Source: the human T2T-CHM13v2.0 reference genome, Homo sapiens. Taken from it: DNA of 64,000 nucleotides. The position numbers were made by a program, and so were the translations under genes. Under the pieces are notes generated by a model. It searched no databases. It saw only the letters and a list, made by a program, of their open reading frames with translations, and was not told where the DNA came from. The stretch is taken from NCBI RefSeq assembly GCF_009914755.1, contig NC_060941.1; one strand, given 5' to 3'. Of the stretch, positions 1-32,244 are shown in pieces (within the stretch, counting starts at the first letter, position 1; every line of letters begins with the position of its first letter).

Positions 1-742
1 GCTTTCCCTATATTGCCCAGGATGGTCTTGAATTCCTGGCTTCAAGTGATCCTCTGGGCTCAGCCTCCCAAAGAGCTGGGATTATAGACATGAACCAATG
101 CACTCAGCCTTTTATTTAAGTAATTTATTTTTTGAGATGAGATCTCATTCTGTTGCCCAGGCTAGAGTGCAGTGGTGCTATCTTGGCTCACCACAGCCTT
201 GACCACCCAGACTCAAGTGATCTTCCCACTTCAGCTCCTGAGTAGCTGAGCTCACAGGCACGCATGCCACAACTCCTGGCTAATTTTTAAATTTTTTATT
301 ATTTATTTATTTATTTTTTTGAGACAGCATCTCACTCTGTCACCTAGGCTGGAGTGCAGTGGCATGATCTGCTCACTGCAACCTCCGCCTGCCAGGCTCA
401 AGTGATTCTCCTGCCTCAGCCTCCCGAGTAGCTGGGATTACAGGCACCTGCCACCACACCTGGCTAATTTTTGTATTTTTAGTAGAGTTGGCATTTCACC
501 ACTTTGGCCAGGCTAGTTTCGAACTCCTGACCTCAGGTGATCCGCCTGACTCAGTCTCCCAAAGTGCTGGGATTACAGGCATGAGCCATCATGTCCGGCC
601 AATTTTTAAACATTTTTATTATAGAGACAGGGTCTTGCTGTGTTTTCCAGGCTGCTCTCGAACTCCTGGGCTCAAGAATCTCATAATTTATGGCCCATAG
701 TAAGCACTCAATACAAATTTGTGTTAAATGAATATTAAATAA

Positions 743-791
<49 letters not shown>

Positions 792-1113
792 ATATGTATG
801 TGTGTGTGCGTGTGTGTGTGTATTGAGAGGGGAGAGGGTCTCGTTCTGTTGCCCAGACTGGAGTACAGTGGCACAATTTTGGTTCACTGTAACCTTAAAC
901 TCCCAGGCTCAATCAATCCTCCCACCTCAGCCTCCTGAGTAGCTGGGACCACAGATGTTGCCAACACACCGAGCTAATTTTTGTATTTTTTTGTAGAGAC
1001 GGGTTTCGCCATGTTGACCAGGCTAGTCTTGAACTCCTGGACTCAAGTGATCCTCCTGTCTCAGCCTCTCAAAGTGCTGGGTTTATTACAGGTGTGAGCC
1101 ATCCCGTCCGGCC
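1..1113 (-). mobile_element. Cluster of antisense Alu elements (J and S types, one nested)
   Basis: Repeated CCCAAAGTGCTGGGATTACAGG / GGAGTGCAGTGG Alu hallmarks. Confidence 0.9.
748..820. repeat. (TA)n-(TG)n compound microsatellite
   Basis: Direct reading. Confidence 0.95.
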
Positions 1114-1450
1114 TAAATATATTTTTAAGACTTTTTATTTTGAAACATTTTGACTATACAAAATTAGAGAGAATAATATAATAAACTCCCAGTACTCATT
1201 TCCCAGTTTCAACAATTATCAATCTTATTTCAACTCTATCTCCATTTACTCCCAAGTCCTCTCCCCAACCCACCCCCACAGTGATTATTTTGAAGTAAAT
1301 CAAATGGGATGCTTTTTTTAACATGGAATTTTTTTTTAAAAAGAATATAACTTAGCAGAACTGTATAATGAAAATCCAGACTTGAAGTGGGGAGAAGTTA
1401 ATAGAAGGGATGATTCCAAATATTATAGTTTATGACATGTTTTAATATTA

Positions 1451-1750
1451 GGCCAGGTGTGGTGGCTCACACCTGTAATCCCAGCACTTTGGGAGGCCAA
1501 GGCGGGCAGATCATGAGGTCAGGAGTTCGAGACCAGCCTGGCCAGCATAGTGAAACCCCGTCTCTACTAAAAACACAAAAATTAGCTGGGGCATAGTGGT
1601 GCATGCCTTTAGTCCCAGCTACTCAGGAGGCTGAGGCAGGAGAAATGCTTGAACATGGGAGGTGGAAGTTGCGGTGAGCCGAGATCGCACCACTGCACTC
1701 CAGCCTGGACAAAAGAGTGAGACTGTCTCAAAAAACAAAACAAAACAAAA
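1451..1750 (+). mobile_element. AluS element with target-site duplication
   Basis: Full-length. TSD ATGTTTTAATATT on both sides. Confidence 0.92.
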
Positions 1751-1915
1751 GAAAACATATGTTTTAATATTTTGAAAAAGAAACATTAAAAATATATACT
1801 TCAATACTCATTTTTACAAAATCTTTTGTCCACATTTCAGTTCCTTCAGGGCAGCTCCCTGTAGGTCAATTGTAGTGTTAAAAAACTTGCTAGAGAAAAA
1901 CTTATTTTTACTTAC

Positions 1916-2058
1916 CAAAGCCAAAAAGACTACGAGCCTTGCCAGTTCAATGGTGCGTCCATTCACAGCTTTACTAGCCATGAAACTGAAACAGATGTTG
2001 TTTCCACTTAGCATTAGGAGACGTGCATTATTCTCTAGAAGCCACTCACGGGGAACCA
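1916..2058 (-). CDS. FBXO47: FBXO47 exon 9
   Basis: ttcctctaataaaag|TGGTT...GCTTTG|GTAAGT. 143 nt, cumulative 1083 (361 codons). VVPREWLLENNARLLMLSG...LVVFLAL. Confidence 0.93.
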
Positions 2059-2727
2059 CTTTTATTAGAGGAAGAACAATTATTTAATGAGAAATCACAC
2101 AACAGCTATAGTAAATACCATTAAGTACATGCAATATTTTATCTTTATTGGAAATACAATTAGTGCCAAGGGAAATGCTCAGAAAAAAATGCTCTAGTTT
2201 TCCAATTATGGCATTCAGTCAGAGACAGGTTATTGCCATGTCATGGAGGCTCTTACAAATGTACTAATAATATAAACAAAGCAATTCTCCTACACATAGG
2301 TCAGCAGGCAAAGTGTTCTAATCCTGTGCAAGGAAAGCATCCTTGTAAACTTTAGAATCTAAAGGATTATGCAGGAATAGGAATAATTGTTTCACCTTTC
2401 CTTTACTCACAGAAGAGGGCTTTTTACAGAACCTAGGAGGGTGTTTCTGAGAATTTACAACATGGGAGTAATTGAGCTAATTAAATGAAGAAGCTTTCAA
2501 ATAATAATAATAATAAATGTTTATTTATAAAATTGGCAAGCAAAGGAAAGTAAGTTGATTATATGCATTCTCTTCAAACATAATGCCAAACTCTTTAAAT
2601 ATTTTAGAGCATTCAGTGATTTCCAACAGGCACATCATTTGTTACCTGTAGAATTATCCTTATAATTTTATAACTGCATTTTAACAATAAATTTCTATTA
2701 TTCTATGTTAGTAAATATATTTTTTAC

Positions 2728-2874
2728 CTGATAGTTCATCTACAAGACTGATAACATCATCTGCTGTCCACTCTTTAGTGCTAGCGTCATATAGTAACTT
2801 AATGGCATCAGCCAAACCTTTCAGACTGAATTCATCTGTAGGTTCTTCTATCATTTCCTGCCAAACCACCTGTC
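2728..2874 (-). CDS. FBXO47: FBXO47 exon 8
   Basis: tttcaattcag|GACAG...CTATCAG|GTAAAA. 147 nt, cumulative 940. GQVVWQEMIEEPTDEFSLKGLADAIKLLYDASTKEWTADDVISLVDELS. Confidence 0.94.
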
Positions 2875-3047
2875 CTGAATTGAAACAAAAACGAGGCTAT
2901 GACAGAATAGTTGGCTTTGTGATAAAGACTTGTTTAAAAAGGAAAGTGAATTGCACAATGGAATCCCATTACTTATACAAGCTACTTTCATTTTAACTTT
3001 TGAAACAAGAAGTCAATTCTGGTAATAGTATAGATTTGAACGTCTCT

Positions 3048-4091
<1,044 letters not shown>

Positions 4092-4118
4092 TTACAACCC
4101 TGAAAGATGGGTGCTCAC

Positions 4119-4295
4119 CATCTTGAGGAGATATTGGCCCAAAGATGATATACAGTAATCTTGCCTGATTCACCATTGGCCATGGTTTTAATATTCGCGT
4201 CAACCAAAAAGCAGAATCACTTCGATGTGTCCAATGATCAAGGAGGACATTCCTACAGAAGAGTCTGATTCTTAACTCCAGTTTTCGGGCACTTC
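4119..4295 (-). CDS. FBXO47: FBXO47 exon 7
   Basis: tcttcatag|GAAGT...CAAGATG|GTGAGC. 177 nt, cumulative 793. GSARKLELRIRLFCRNVLLDHW...GPISPQD. Confidence 0.95.
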
Positions 4296-4676
4296 CTATG
4301 AAGACAAAAGAATTGTAAATCATTCTTCGTAGAAAGGCTGCTGTGCATATTGAATAGTGATCAAAGCAACTTATTAATCATTATGGTTAGTGATAGTAAA
4401 CTAGGTTTCTAAACAGGAAGTAACCAAGAGATTATCTATTCTTAAACTCCCCTAACTTCATAATTTGTCTATCTACTTACTTACTTTTACCTTCCTGATT
4501 TATAGTCAATATTTTGAATAATGGGTCAATCAATCAAAAGACATGCTTAAGCTTACCAGACTCTTGTACAATTTTGGATTTAAAAAGAAATAAATGCAGA
4601 GAAAGGTCAAAGACATATATCATTAATATACTTTGTACTGAAAGTGTCACTTCATTTTCCTCTATGAAAGTTTTAT

Positions 4677-7155
<2,479 letters not shown>

Positions 7156-7789
7156 AAAATGTTATGTTGCTGTTGTTGATAGACATGGGGTCTTGCTCTG
7201 TCACCCAAGCTGGAGTGCAGTGGCATGACTGATCATAGCTCACTACAACCTTGAACTCCTGAGCTCAAGCAATCCTCCCACCTCAGCCTCCCTAGTAGCT
7301 GGGACCACAGGCTAATTTTATTTTTTGTAGCGACAGAGGTCTCACTATATTGCTCAGGCTGGTTTTGAACTCCTGGCCTCAGATGATCTTCCCACCTTAG
7401 CCTCCCAAAGTGTTGAGATTACAAAGCATGAGTTACCACACTCGGATATAAAAATTTTAGATTAACGGCCAGGCGTGGTGGCTCATGCCTGTAATCCCAG
7501 CACTTTGGGAGGTTGAGGCGGGTGGATCATGAGGTCAGGAGATTGAGACCATCCTGGCTAACATGGTGAAATCCCGTCTTTACTAAAAATACAAAAAAAT
7601 TAGCCGGGTGTGGTGGCGGGCACCTGTAGTCCCAGCTACTTGGGAGGCTGAGGCAGAAGAATGGGTGTGAACCCGGGAGGCAGAGCTTGCAGTGAGCTGA
7701 GATCATACCACTGCACTCTAGCCTGGGCGACAGAGCCAGAATCTGTCTCCAAAAAAAGGAAAAATAAAAAATTAGATTAACATAGGACT

Positions 7790-10210
<2,421 letters not shown>

Positions 10211-10739
10211 TCTTTTTTGTTTGTTTTGTTTTTTTTTCTAAGATGGAGGGCCTCCTCTGTCACCCAGGCTGGAGTGCAGTGACTGGATCATGCCCGCCTA
10301 ATTTTTTTTTTTTTTTTTTTGGAGATCGGGATCTTGCTATGTTGCCCAGGCTGGTCTCTAACTCCTAGGCTCAAGTAATCCTCCCACTTCGGCCTCCTAA
10401 AGTGCTGAGATTACAAGCATGAGCCACTGCCCTCTGCCTGCAATGACCATTCATATGCATGTCTCCTTGTGCATATTGTGGGAGTTTCTCAGAGGGAAAC
10501 AGCTCGATATAAGGTTCTATAATTTAAAAATATGAAATATTTCTGGTATATAGAGAGGTTTACAGGATGCTATAATGAGCTCCTTTGTATCTACCAGCTG
10601 GCTTAAGGAATAAAATATCATCAATACAGTTGAAGCCCTCTTTCTCCAATCTCATATTGCTTTTTGCCCCACTGTCTTATTCGATATTTATCATTCCCTT
10701 ACATTTCTTTGTCCTTTTACTGTAGATGTGTGCCACAAT

Positions 10740-11381
<642 letters not shown>

Positions 11382-11419
11382 TAATCTCTGTATATTATAT
11401 GCAAATTATAGTTTTTTAC

Positions 11420-11528
11420 CTGGTTTGCTGCAGACAGCCATTTGTATCTTGCGGCAGAGATTAGTCAGTTCGCATAAGAAATTATAAACGCGATGGCACT
11501 CAAGTTCATCCCAACCTGCTGTTAAGGT
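11420..11528 (-). CDS. FBXO47: FBXO47 exon 6
   Basis: ttttcctcag|ACCTTA...AAACCAG|GTAAAA. 109 nt, cumulative 616. [36 protein letters not shown]. Confidence 0.93.
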
Positions 11529-11562
11529 CTGAGGAAAATAAAGAAAACATTGTGGATATTCA

Positions 11563-12185
<623 letters not shown>

Positions 12186-12654
12186 ACAAGTCACTACTGC
12201 CTTATGAGTGTAACTGTTTTTAGCATATGATCAAGGTGATGTGCAATTTTTACCCATTATGGAACAATCAAATTAATAACAAATTTACATAAACAAAACT
12301 TGGGAAGCTCCAAAATCCAGTTTCTTTTTGGTTGGAAAGGAAGTATCTTTTCAGAGAACTTTTTTTTTTTTTGAGATTCAATCTCACTATGTTGCCCAGG
12401 CTGGAATGCAACGGAGATAACTTTTTTATTTGTTTGTTTGAGAAGGTTTAAATGGTACTGAATCCTGAACTTCGACAATGTGAGGCAAGTAACTAAAACC
12501 CTGAACACAGTTTAGATATTTCACTTACAACCATGCTGTGGCTTTAAGACTAGAGTAGAACCCCTTTGACCTCCCCTAGTTGTCATTTATGATATTGCTT
12601 ATAAATGAGAATGATCCAATTTCAATGTGACAATTCTGAGCATTTATTTATGAC

Positions 12655-14175
<1,521 letters not shown>

Positions 14176-14697
14176 TTAGTCAATACATGTAAACTGCTTA
14201 GAACAGTGTTTGGCACACACTAAGATGAATAAACGCTAGTTATTATCTTCTTTGTTTACAATAAAAGATTAGTCAAAATGTTCTTGAAATAATACATCTG
14301 ATTACTAATATCACACCTTAAATAACCAGCCCAAGACTAAACTCATTATATAGATACAGATACACGCATGCACACACACCACCTCATAATATTTCTAATC
14401 TTTACAACTAGTAGAAACTTTGAGGACACCAATTCTTCAGGAGGAGTAACCTTCATTCAGCATATAGAATGGTTTGGGGGATAAATAAATGTCAAACATT
14501 TTTTACCACTGAGAAACTCAAAACAAAAATCTGAGATAGCAAACACTATTAGATTAATACATTCTCAAATCTTTATTTTATTTTGCTCTTTTTAAGATTA
14601 TTATAACTTTATTAACCTATGAAAAGAGAGATTGGATATTCTATTTGTTATCAGTTCCAAAGGTATCCCTTTTCTTCTCTGATTAAAAAAAATGTAC

Positions 14698-14775
14698 CTG
14701 TAAAAACATGCCATAACATGTTAATCCTAAACACTGCATAGGAGCTGCACAGCCATTGAATTTAAAGCAGGAAAC
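14698..14775 (-). CDS. FBXO47: FBXO47 exon 5
   Basis: tctttacag|GTTTCC...TTACAG|GTACAT. 78 nt, cumulative 507. VSCFKFNGCAAPMQCLGLTCYGMFLQ. Confidence 0.94.
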
Positions 14776-14947
14776 CTGTAAAGAAAACAATGTTAATACC
14801 TCCTTGTCAGTGAAACTATAGTTTGACAATGGTGGAACAATGGTTTGACATTCAAATTTAATGGAAATAAGCAAGAATTTTTTCAGCACCTATTCTGATC
14901 AACATTGGTTACATAGGTGGGGATTATAAAAGTAGTATAAAAGTCTC

Positions 14948-16456
<1,509 letters not shown>

Positions 16457-17018
16457 TCAGTGTATCAGAAACAGCAGATACCACTGAGTGTAGAACTGAA
16501 CCATCAAGAGTTGGACATATGCTTGGATTTGTATATAAAATTGAGTCTTATAAAGAGACTATGCCCAAACATATTAATACACATTTCCAAGTCTATTATC
16601 ATAAAATGTTTGTCATTTTATATATTAAAATACTTTCCCATGTTTCTATACATTTAAACAATAAAATTTCAAAATTCAGAAATTATTTCACTTTAATACA
16701 ATATCTACATCACTACTTTAAAACTTCCTCAGGATTTGTATGTGGTGTAAAATATACTTTATACTCTGACAAACCTAATAAACTTGAATGATGTGCTTAG
16801 TTATATATGAAAATTGTTTTATAAACAAGTGAAAGATTACTACATTTTGACATTATATAATCTCGAAGTACTTGGTAAAGTATTAGATTATAATAAATCA
16901 ATTTTTTAGTGCTAATTCATGAAATTCTACTAATATAGAGTAAAATGAGCATAAGATAATAATAAAATATCTTTACTGGAAATCAAGATTGTAAACTAAT
17001 TTAGAAGTATGATCTTAC

Positions 17019-17095
17019 TTCTGTGAGTATCTTGTGAATGTATTTTAGCCTTTCCTTGGTGGGTAGCAGCAATGTGCATCTTTTAAACAGTAGAC
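17019..17095 (-). CDS. FBXO47: FBXO47 exon 4
   Basis: ttcttag|GTCTACTG...ACAGAA|GTAAGA. 77 nt, cumulative 429. GLLFKRCTLLLPTKERLKYIHKILTE. Not in the ORF track; found by reading the sequence. Confidence 0.93.
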
Positions 17096-17536
17096 CTAAG
17101 AAAGTAAAGAGACATAAGAAAAAATGACAACAATACAATTAAGAACATCAATAGAGCACAGAATAATGTTTCCTGAAAGTCAAGTATGGTATATCACAGT
17201 GGACTATGAGTTGATATGATTTCTAAGAGAAAGTTTGGGAGGAAGGGTGCAAAACACTTTCCATTTATGGTATTTACCAAGTGACTCTGATGCTCATCTA
17301 AGAGGCCTTGGCATAAAATCTTGCAAAAAATTGTTAAATTGCTACTATAGGACACATGGAAAAATACATAGAGTATAAAAGATACAATAAGACAAAGACA
17401 CACTAGAGAAATTTTATTTTGTCTTTATTCCACAGAAAACAGATTTCAATATCTCTTGAAATTAACCTCATGTCCACAAAGGAATATGTTTTAAGAGTTG
17501 TTAATCTAAAACATGGAAAGAATGAGAAAACTGATT

Positions 17537-20776
<3,240 letters not shown>

Positions 20777-21721
20777 GAAAAATTATATTTATAATGAGAA
20801 GTAGGAAAAAGTAGTTTCCATATTCTGTTACAGGCTTTACTAAGCCTAATCATAAATACTGAAACCAACAACACTGTAATCAGATCAGATACTTTTCTTT
20901 CATTTGGTCTTATTAAATAAACAGGTAATCATCAAATACATTTTGATATATTTACATATCCACATATTCCTAATATCTTAAATCTAAGCATCCTTGGGCT
21001 ACTAAAAGGCAGTATTCACTTAACTTACTGTTATGCCTTTATTTAAATCACACCATCTTGACATTTGGTTTTATTGCCATGCTTTGATGAATTATAAAGT
21101 GGTTTCATAATTAAATCGGTGTTATTAAGTCAAGTCAAAATTAGAATTTTACTTCAGCACTCTCTGGGACAATGAAATCAATGAATGGAGTAAAAGGCAT
21201 AAATGATTACAAATTAAGGAAGAAAGATTATACAGAATTTGCTTTGATAAGGTCAGTTTAATTATAGCTTAGCCACTTAGTAAATGTACTTAAAAAACCG
21301 TAGTTTCTGCTGAGAGGATAAATAGTCTTCCATAATAATGTGTTTAAATTTCTATTTTAAAGGACTAGATTATGGTTGAAAGGGAAAAGAGATAAAGAGA
21401 TAAAACTCACTTGATCCACAGGAAGTGACGCATAGAAAATACATCAATTTCCTAACCTGATAAGCCACTAGACATTAAGCATCGGTGACGTTATATCTAT
21501 ATGAAATCTCAAGAATTGACACTTTACATCAAAATGCATTTTCTCACCTTTAAAGATAACTGGTTAAGGGAGTGTTCTCACACTAAAGAGTAAAAACATC
21601 ATAGAAACAGGCATATTTTGGAATATATTCCATTTCCTACTGGCCTTACAGAATTGTATACTAAGTTTCTCTTAATTAAGCACAGTTCTTTACTTGTTGC
21701 AATTCTCATTACATAAGTTAC

Positions 21722-21892
21722 CTAGAGATCTGTAGTGCTCCAGTATAGCAGAGTCTTGTCTCCTGTCAGGCAGCTCAAGGTTATGAAAGTCCTGTAGTAA
21801 AAGTCTTTTGCTTCCTGATGAGGTTGAGATATAATTAATAATGTGTTGGCTGACTGTTTTGGACACCATGCTTAGCATGCTGATATCCTTCA
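21722..21892 (-). CDS. FBXO47: FBXO47 exon 3 (rest of F-box)
   Basis: tttggtag|TGAAG...CTAG|GTAACT. 171 nt, cumulative 352. VKDISMLSMVSK...EHYRSL. Confidence 0.95.
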
Positions 21893-22299
21893 CTACCAAA
21901 AGAAATATATATGTGTATGTATCAATGGCTTAAATGCAAGAACGTCACTATTAACACAGTCTATTAACTTATAGGTTAACTCAATCGTCATCATTATCAC
22001 CATCATCATCCCTTTGGGAAAAAAGGGAAAAACCTTAAAATTGTTTAAAATCTGGTTCTCAATGAATTAGAGACATGTTTGGATTTACCAATCAAGGTAC
22101 TATATCATAATTACAGGCATGTTTTCAAGAGTTTAAGTACTGCTGTGTTCAAAGGAAGATTTAAAAAAATTAATTTAGGGCTAGGTGCAGTGACTCATGC
22201 CTGTAATCCCAGTACTTTGGGAGGCCAAGGCGGACAGATCACCTGAGGTCAGGAGTTCGAGACCAGACTGATCAACATGGACAAACTCCATTTCTACTA

Positions 22300-22449
<150 letters not shown>

Positions 22450-22452
22450 TCA

Positions 22453-22453
22453 A

Positions 22454-22484
<31 letters not shown>

Positions 22485-22498
22485 GTAATAATAATAAT
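22453..22498. repeat. (AAT)n microsatellite from an Alu tail
   Basis: Direct reading. Confidence 0.9.
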
Positions 22499-22689
22499 TA
22501 TTTAAGTATTGTGCTTTCTCATTGTACTCCTTACCTGACAATAATGAAACTTTAGAAAATAAACACTTAAACACTTAACATGAATGTCATTAACATTTTA
22601 GCATGGCCCAAGATGACAAACTAGTTCTTGGGAAAAATTAAAATACTCTAGTGTCTTGTGTAGGCTATTCATAAGTTCCCAAACCTCAC

Positions 22690-26353
<3,664 letters not shown>

Positions 26354-27082
26354 CAACACAGTAGGTGTTTTAAAGCATTTTTATTACAATAGCATAAATC
26401 CGGCCTTGGCTTCTTCCTGTTTCTCTGAGAAATGTGGACAGTGGGGCTTGGGCCCGTGGGCTCTTCAAAGACTGTCAGTCACCAGGCGGGGACTTCACTG
26501 TGTCAACTGTGAACTACATACATGTTTAAAATAAATATAAACAAAAATTTAAAAATGATAAGCCCAAATTCTTCTAAAACTCAAGTCTCCACTTATAGTT
26601 CCTTATTTTCCTCACTCAGAGCTGGACGTTTCGTAGGGAAAAAGCAAGCTTTTGTGAAAATTCTAAAGGTATAATCCTAAATTATTTCTGGTTTCCGCTC
26701 ACCCCTCTAGCGAATAAGAATCACAGCCCCAAATAATAATAATAAAATGATGTTTCATGCCCCCTGTTCTATCCCACTAATTTTGACCGCGCGTGAAAGG
26801 TTTTGAGGGTTCAATTGGATGAACCTCCCCGCCCCCCACACCTTTAAGATAAAAACTACATTCACAGGGATGTCTGTTTTAACATAAAACTCTTGTAAGG
26901 GCCCCACCCCATCTGTCGGGCAGCTGCCCCCAAACATCTCCAAAGCCGCAAACTAGGGAAGCCTAAAGGACAAACTGGTCAACAGGAGAATCAGACCACA
27001 CGGGGTACATGTTTCGCTCCCTTCAGTCCATGAAAGATGAAATTATCGCAATAAAATACTGGGAAAAAAAACCCTCTTTTAC

Positions 27083-27260
27083 CACAGATTTTGACAGTTT
27101 TTCCGGCTACAGAGTCACAGGAAAGTGGGAGTTAGTCGTTTTGCCCCACCATCCTCAAATTTCTTAGTGTTTAGAAAAGAAAATATCTCCTCAAGAGCTT
27201 CCCGCCAGGAGGCGAGAGGGTCACACTCCCGTAGGCTCCGGAGCTGCAGCCCTACCCACC
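27083..27260 (-). other. FBXO47: Putative non-coding first exon of FBXO47
   Basis: Donor-like CTGTG|GTAAAA at 27083/27082 just downstream of the GC-rich promoter. Exon 2 has a clear acceptor, so an upstream exon is required. The TSS position is an estimate. Confidence 0.6.
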
Positions 27261-27660
27261 AGGCGTCCCCGCGGCCTCTAGAATATTGTAGAATCTTCCC
27301 AAGAGCCCCCGCGGGAAGGAGGCCCGCCCCCTCATGAATAGCAAGCAGCCTCAGCTCTCGTAGTGCCCGCCTCCCTCATGAATATTGTAGATCTTCCCAG
27401 AAGCCCTAGCGGGAAGGAGGTTCCCCCCCGCCTCCCGCCTCCCCGCTTTATGAATAGCAAGAGAGCCAGCTCCCATGGTGCCCTCCGTCTCATGAATAAC
27501 TAACAAGGGCGAGGTTCCTGGAGCCCAAACTCAGGCCTCAGCCACCCTTCGCTCCAAGCTGAAGACAAGAAGGGGCTGGAGCCGTTACGGTGTGGGGAAG
27601 GGGAGGGTGTAGCCCAAGATCCTGAACGTGGCGAGCCACGTCTCTGCTCCACTGCCTTTC
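27190..27660 (-). promoter_or_regulatory. GC/CpG-enriched FBXO47 promoter region
   Basis: Main non-Alu CpG cluster in the window. GC boxes (CCCGCCCC 27323, CCCGCC repeats 27427-27445), E2F-type TTCCCGCCA (27199-27207), MYB-type CCGTTA (27582-27587), ZNF143/SBS-like elements. Confidence 0.75.
27281..27498. repeat. Diverged two-copy tandem duplication (99 bp + 114 bp units) in the promoter
   Basis: Both units read GAATATTGTAGA(A)TCTTCCC..GCCC..GCGGGAAGGAGG..CCCGCC..ATGAATAGCAAG..CAGCTC..GTGCCC..CTCAT. Units start at 27281 and 27380, with a third GAATA at 27494. Confidence 0.9.
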
Positions 27661-27666
27661 CCTTCA

Positions 27667-27966
<300 letters not shown>

Positions 27967-28053
27967 TCAAAGGAAGATGTGTGTCTCCATCCTCTCAAGA
28001 TGAAATCAAGACAAATCTTTCTAGCTAGGCCTTCCTGGCTAGAAGATTAAATT

Positions 28054-30565
<2,512 letters not shown>

Positions 30566-31208
30566 GGTGCTTCAAGAATGAGGAGTAGCCCTCTGTGACA
30601 AGTGCCACCCAGTTGAGCAAGGTGTCTGTTACATGAGCATTGCAGGTGTCTGCTGGATTTGGCAATCCAATTTAGGTACAAGCACTGCAGGTCCACCTTG
30701 TCATTTCCTATTTCAATAACCCATAGTAACTTTGCCTTGCCAACCACCTGAAACTCAAATCTCTCTGCTGTTTCATCAGCGTCCTCTATGATCTGTTGTT
30801 CACCTATTCATTCATCCATTTGTTACGTTCAAGCCACGCCTATTTTCTGCCTGGCCTAGTGGTAGCTCAGGATAAATACAATTTTGGCCTTTCAATGGCT
30901 CATGCTCAGAGCACCCAACTTGAATAAAATGTAACCCCTCCTTCCCAAATCCGCTACTCCAGCAGGGGTGGAGGCGGTACCTCCTCCTTAACAGATTTAT
31001 CCCTACCTCTTTGTGCTAAAACTCCCATTAAAAATGACTTCCCTGCTTTCTAAATCTCCCTCTGGGTTCCACTTTAAGATTCACACCCTGCATCAATAAG
31101 TGTGCCTTCTTGCCTAAGTGATGCTGTAAACCCCTTGAGATGCCTTATATCTCTTTTGTATTCTTCACATAGAAAAGAATGCCAGGTACAGAGATGGATC
31201 TACCGTGA

Positions 31209-31602
<394 letters not shown>

Positions 31603-32244
31603 TGAAGATTGAAGAAATATTTGCTGATGGGCTCAGAATTAGCTAACTTCACATATTTGTTGATTTATTAAGCTTGTTTTATTAACAGGGATTTATGTAA
31701 GGGCTTTACTTACTGATCATATCATTCCCTTGCCCCAGAGCTTTCAATGCCTCTGATTAAATATAAGCTTGTTCTTCAATGCCTGCCTCAATGTGGCTGC
31801 ATTTTTAGGTCTCCAGCCTATCCCCTTAATCTGAAGCCCCCATTATCATCCCTGGTGGCTTTGTTCATGCTAATTTCTCTGCTCAGAAAGCTGTCTCTTC
31901 CAACTCTACCTTTTTTTTTTTATAGACAGGATCTCCTTCTGTGCCAGGCTGGAGCACAGTGGCACAATCATGGCTCACTGCAACCCCCCTGAGCTCAAGC
32001 AATCCTACTGCTTCAGCCTCCCAAGTAGCTGAGACTACAGGTGTGTACCACCACATCCAGGTAATTTTTCTATTTTTTTAGAGACGAAGTCTCTCTATGT
32101 TGCCCAGGGTGGTCTCGAACTCCTGGACTCAAGAGATCTGCCTGTCTTGTCCTCCTGAAGTGCTGGCATTACAGGCGTGAGTTACCACTTCTTCCCGCTT
32201 TCACCTTTTCCCATCCTAAAATATCCTTCGTCATTTGCCTCTGA

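Noticed and set aside
14776-14889. In-frame ORF extension upstream of FBXO47 exon 5, and similar read-through tails on exons 2, 3, 7 and 9 in the ORF track
   Set aside because: Intronic. Canonical splice sites give a continuous frame without these extensions.
27281-27498. Repeat-spacer-like recurrence of ATGAATA suggesting a CRISPR-like array
   Set aside because: Eukaryotic context, and the spacers are homologous in alternation. Explained by a two-unit tandem duplication.
30958-30975. CCAGCAGGGGTGG as a possible CTCF site
   Set aside because: Lacks the GGC(A/G) 3' part of the core, so the match is weak.
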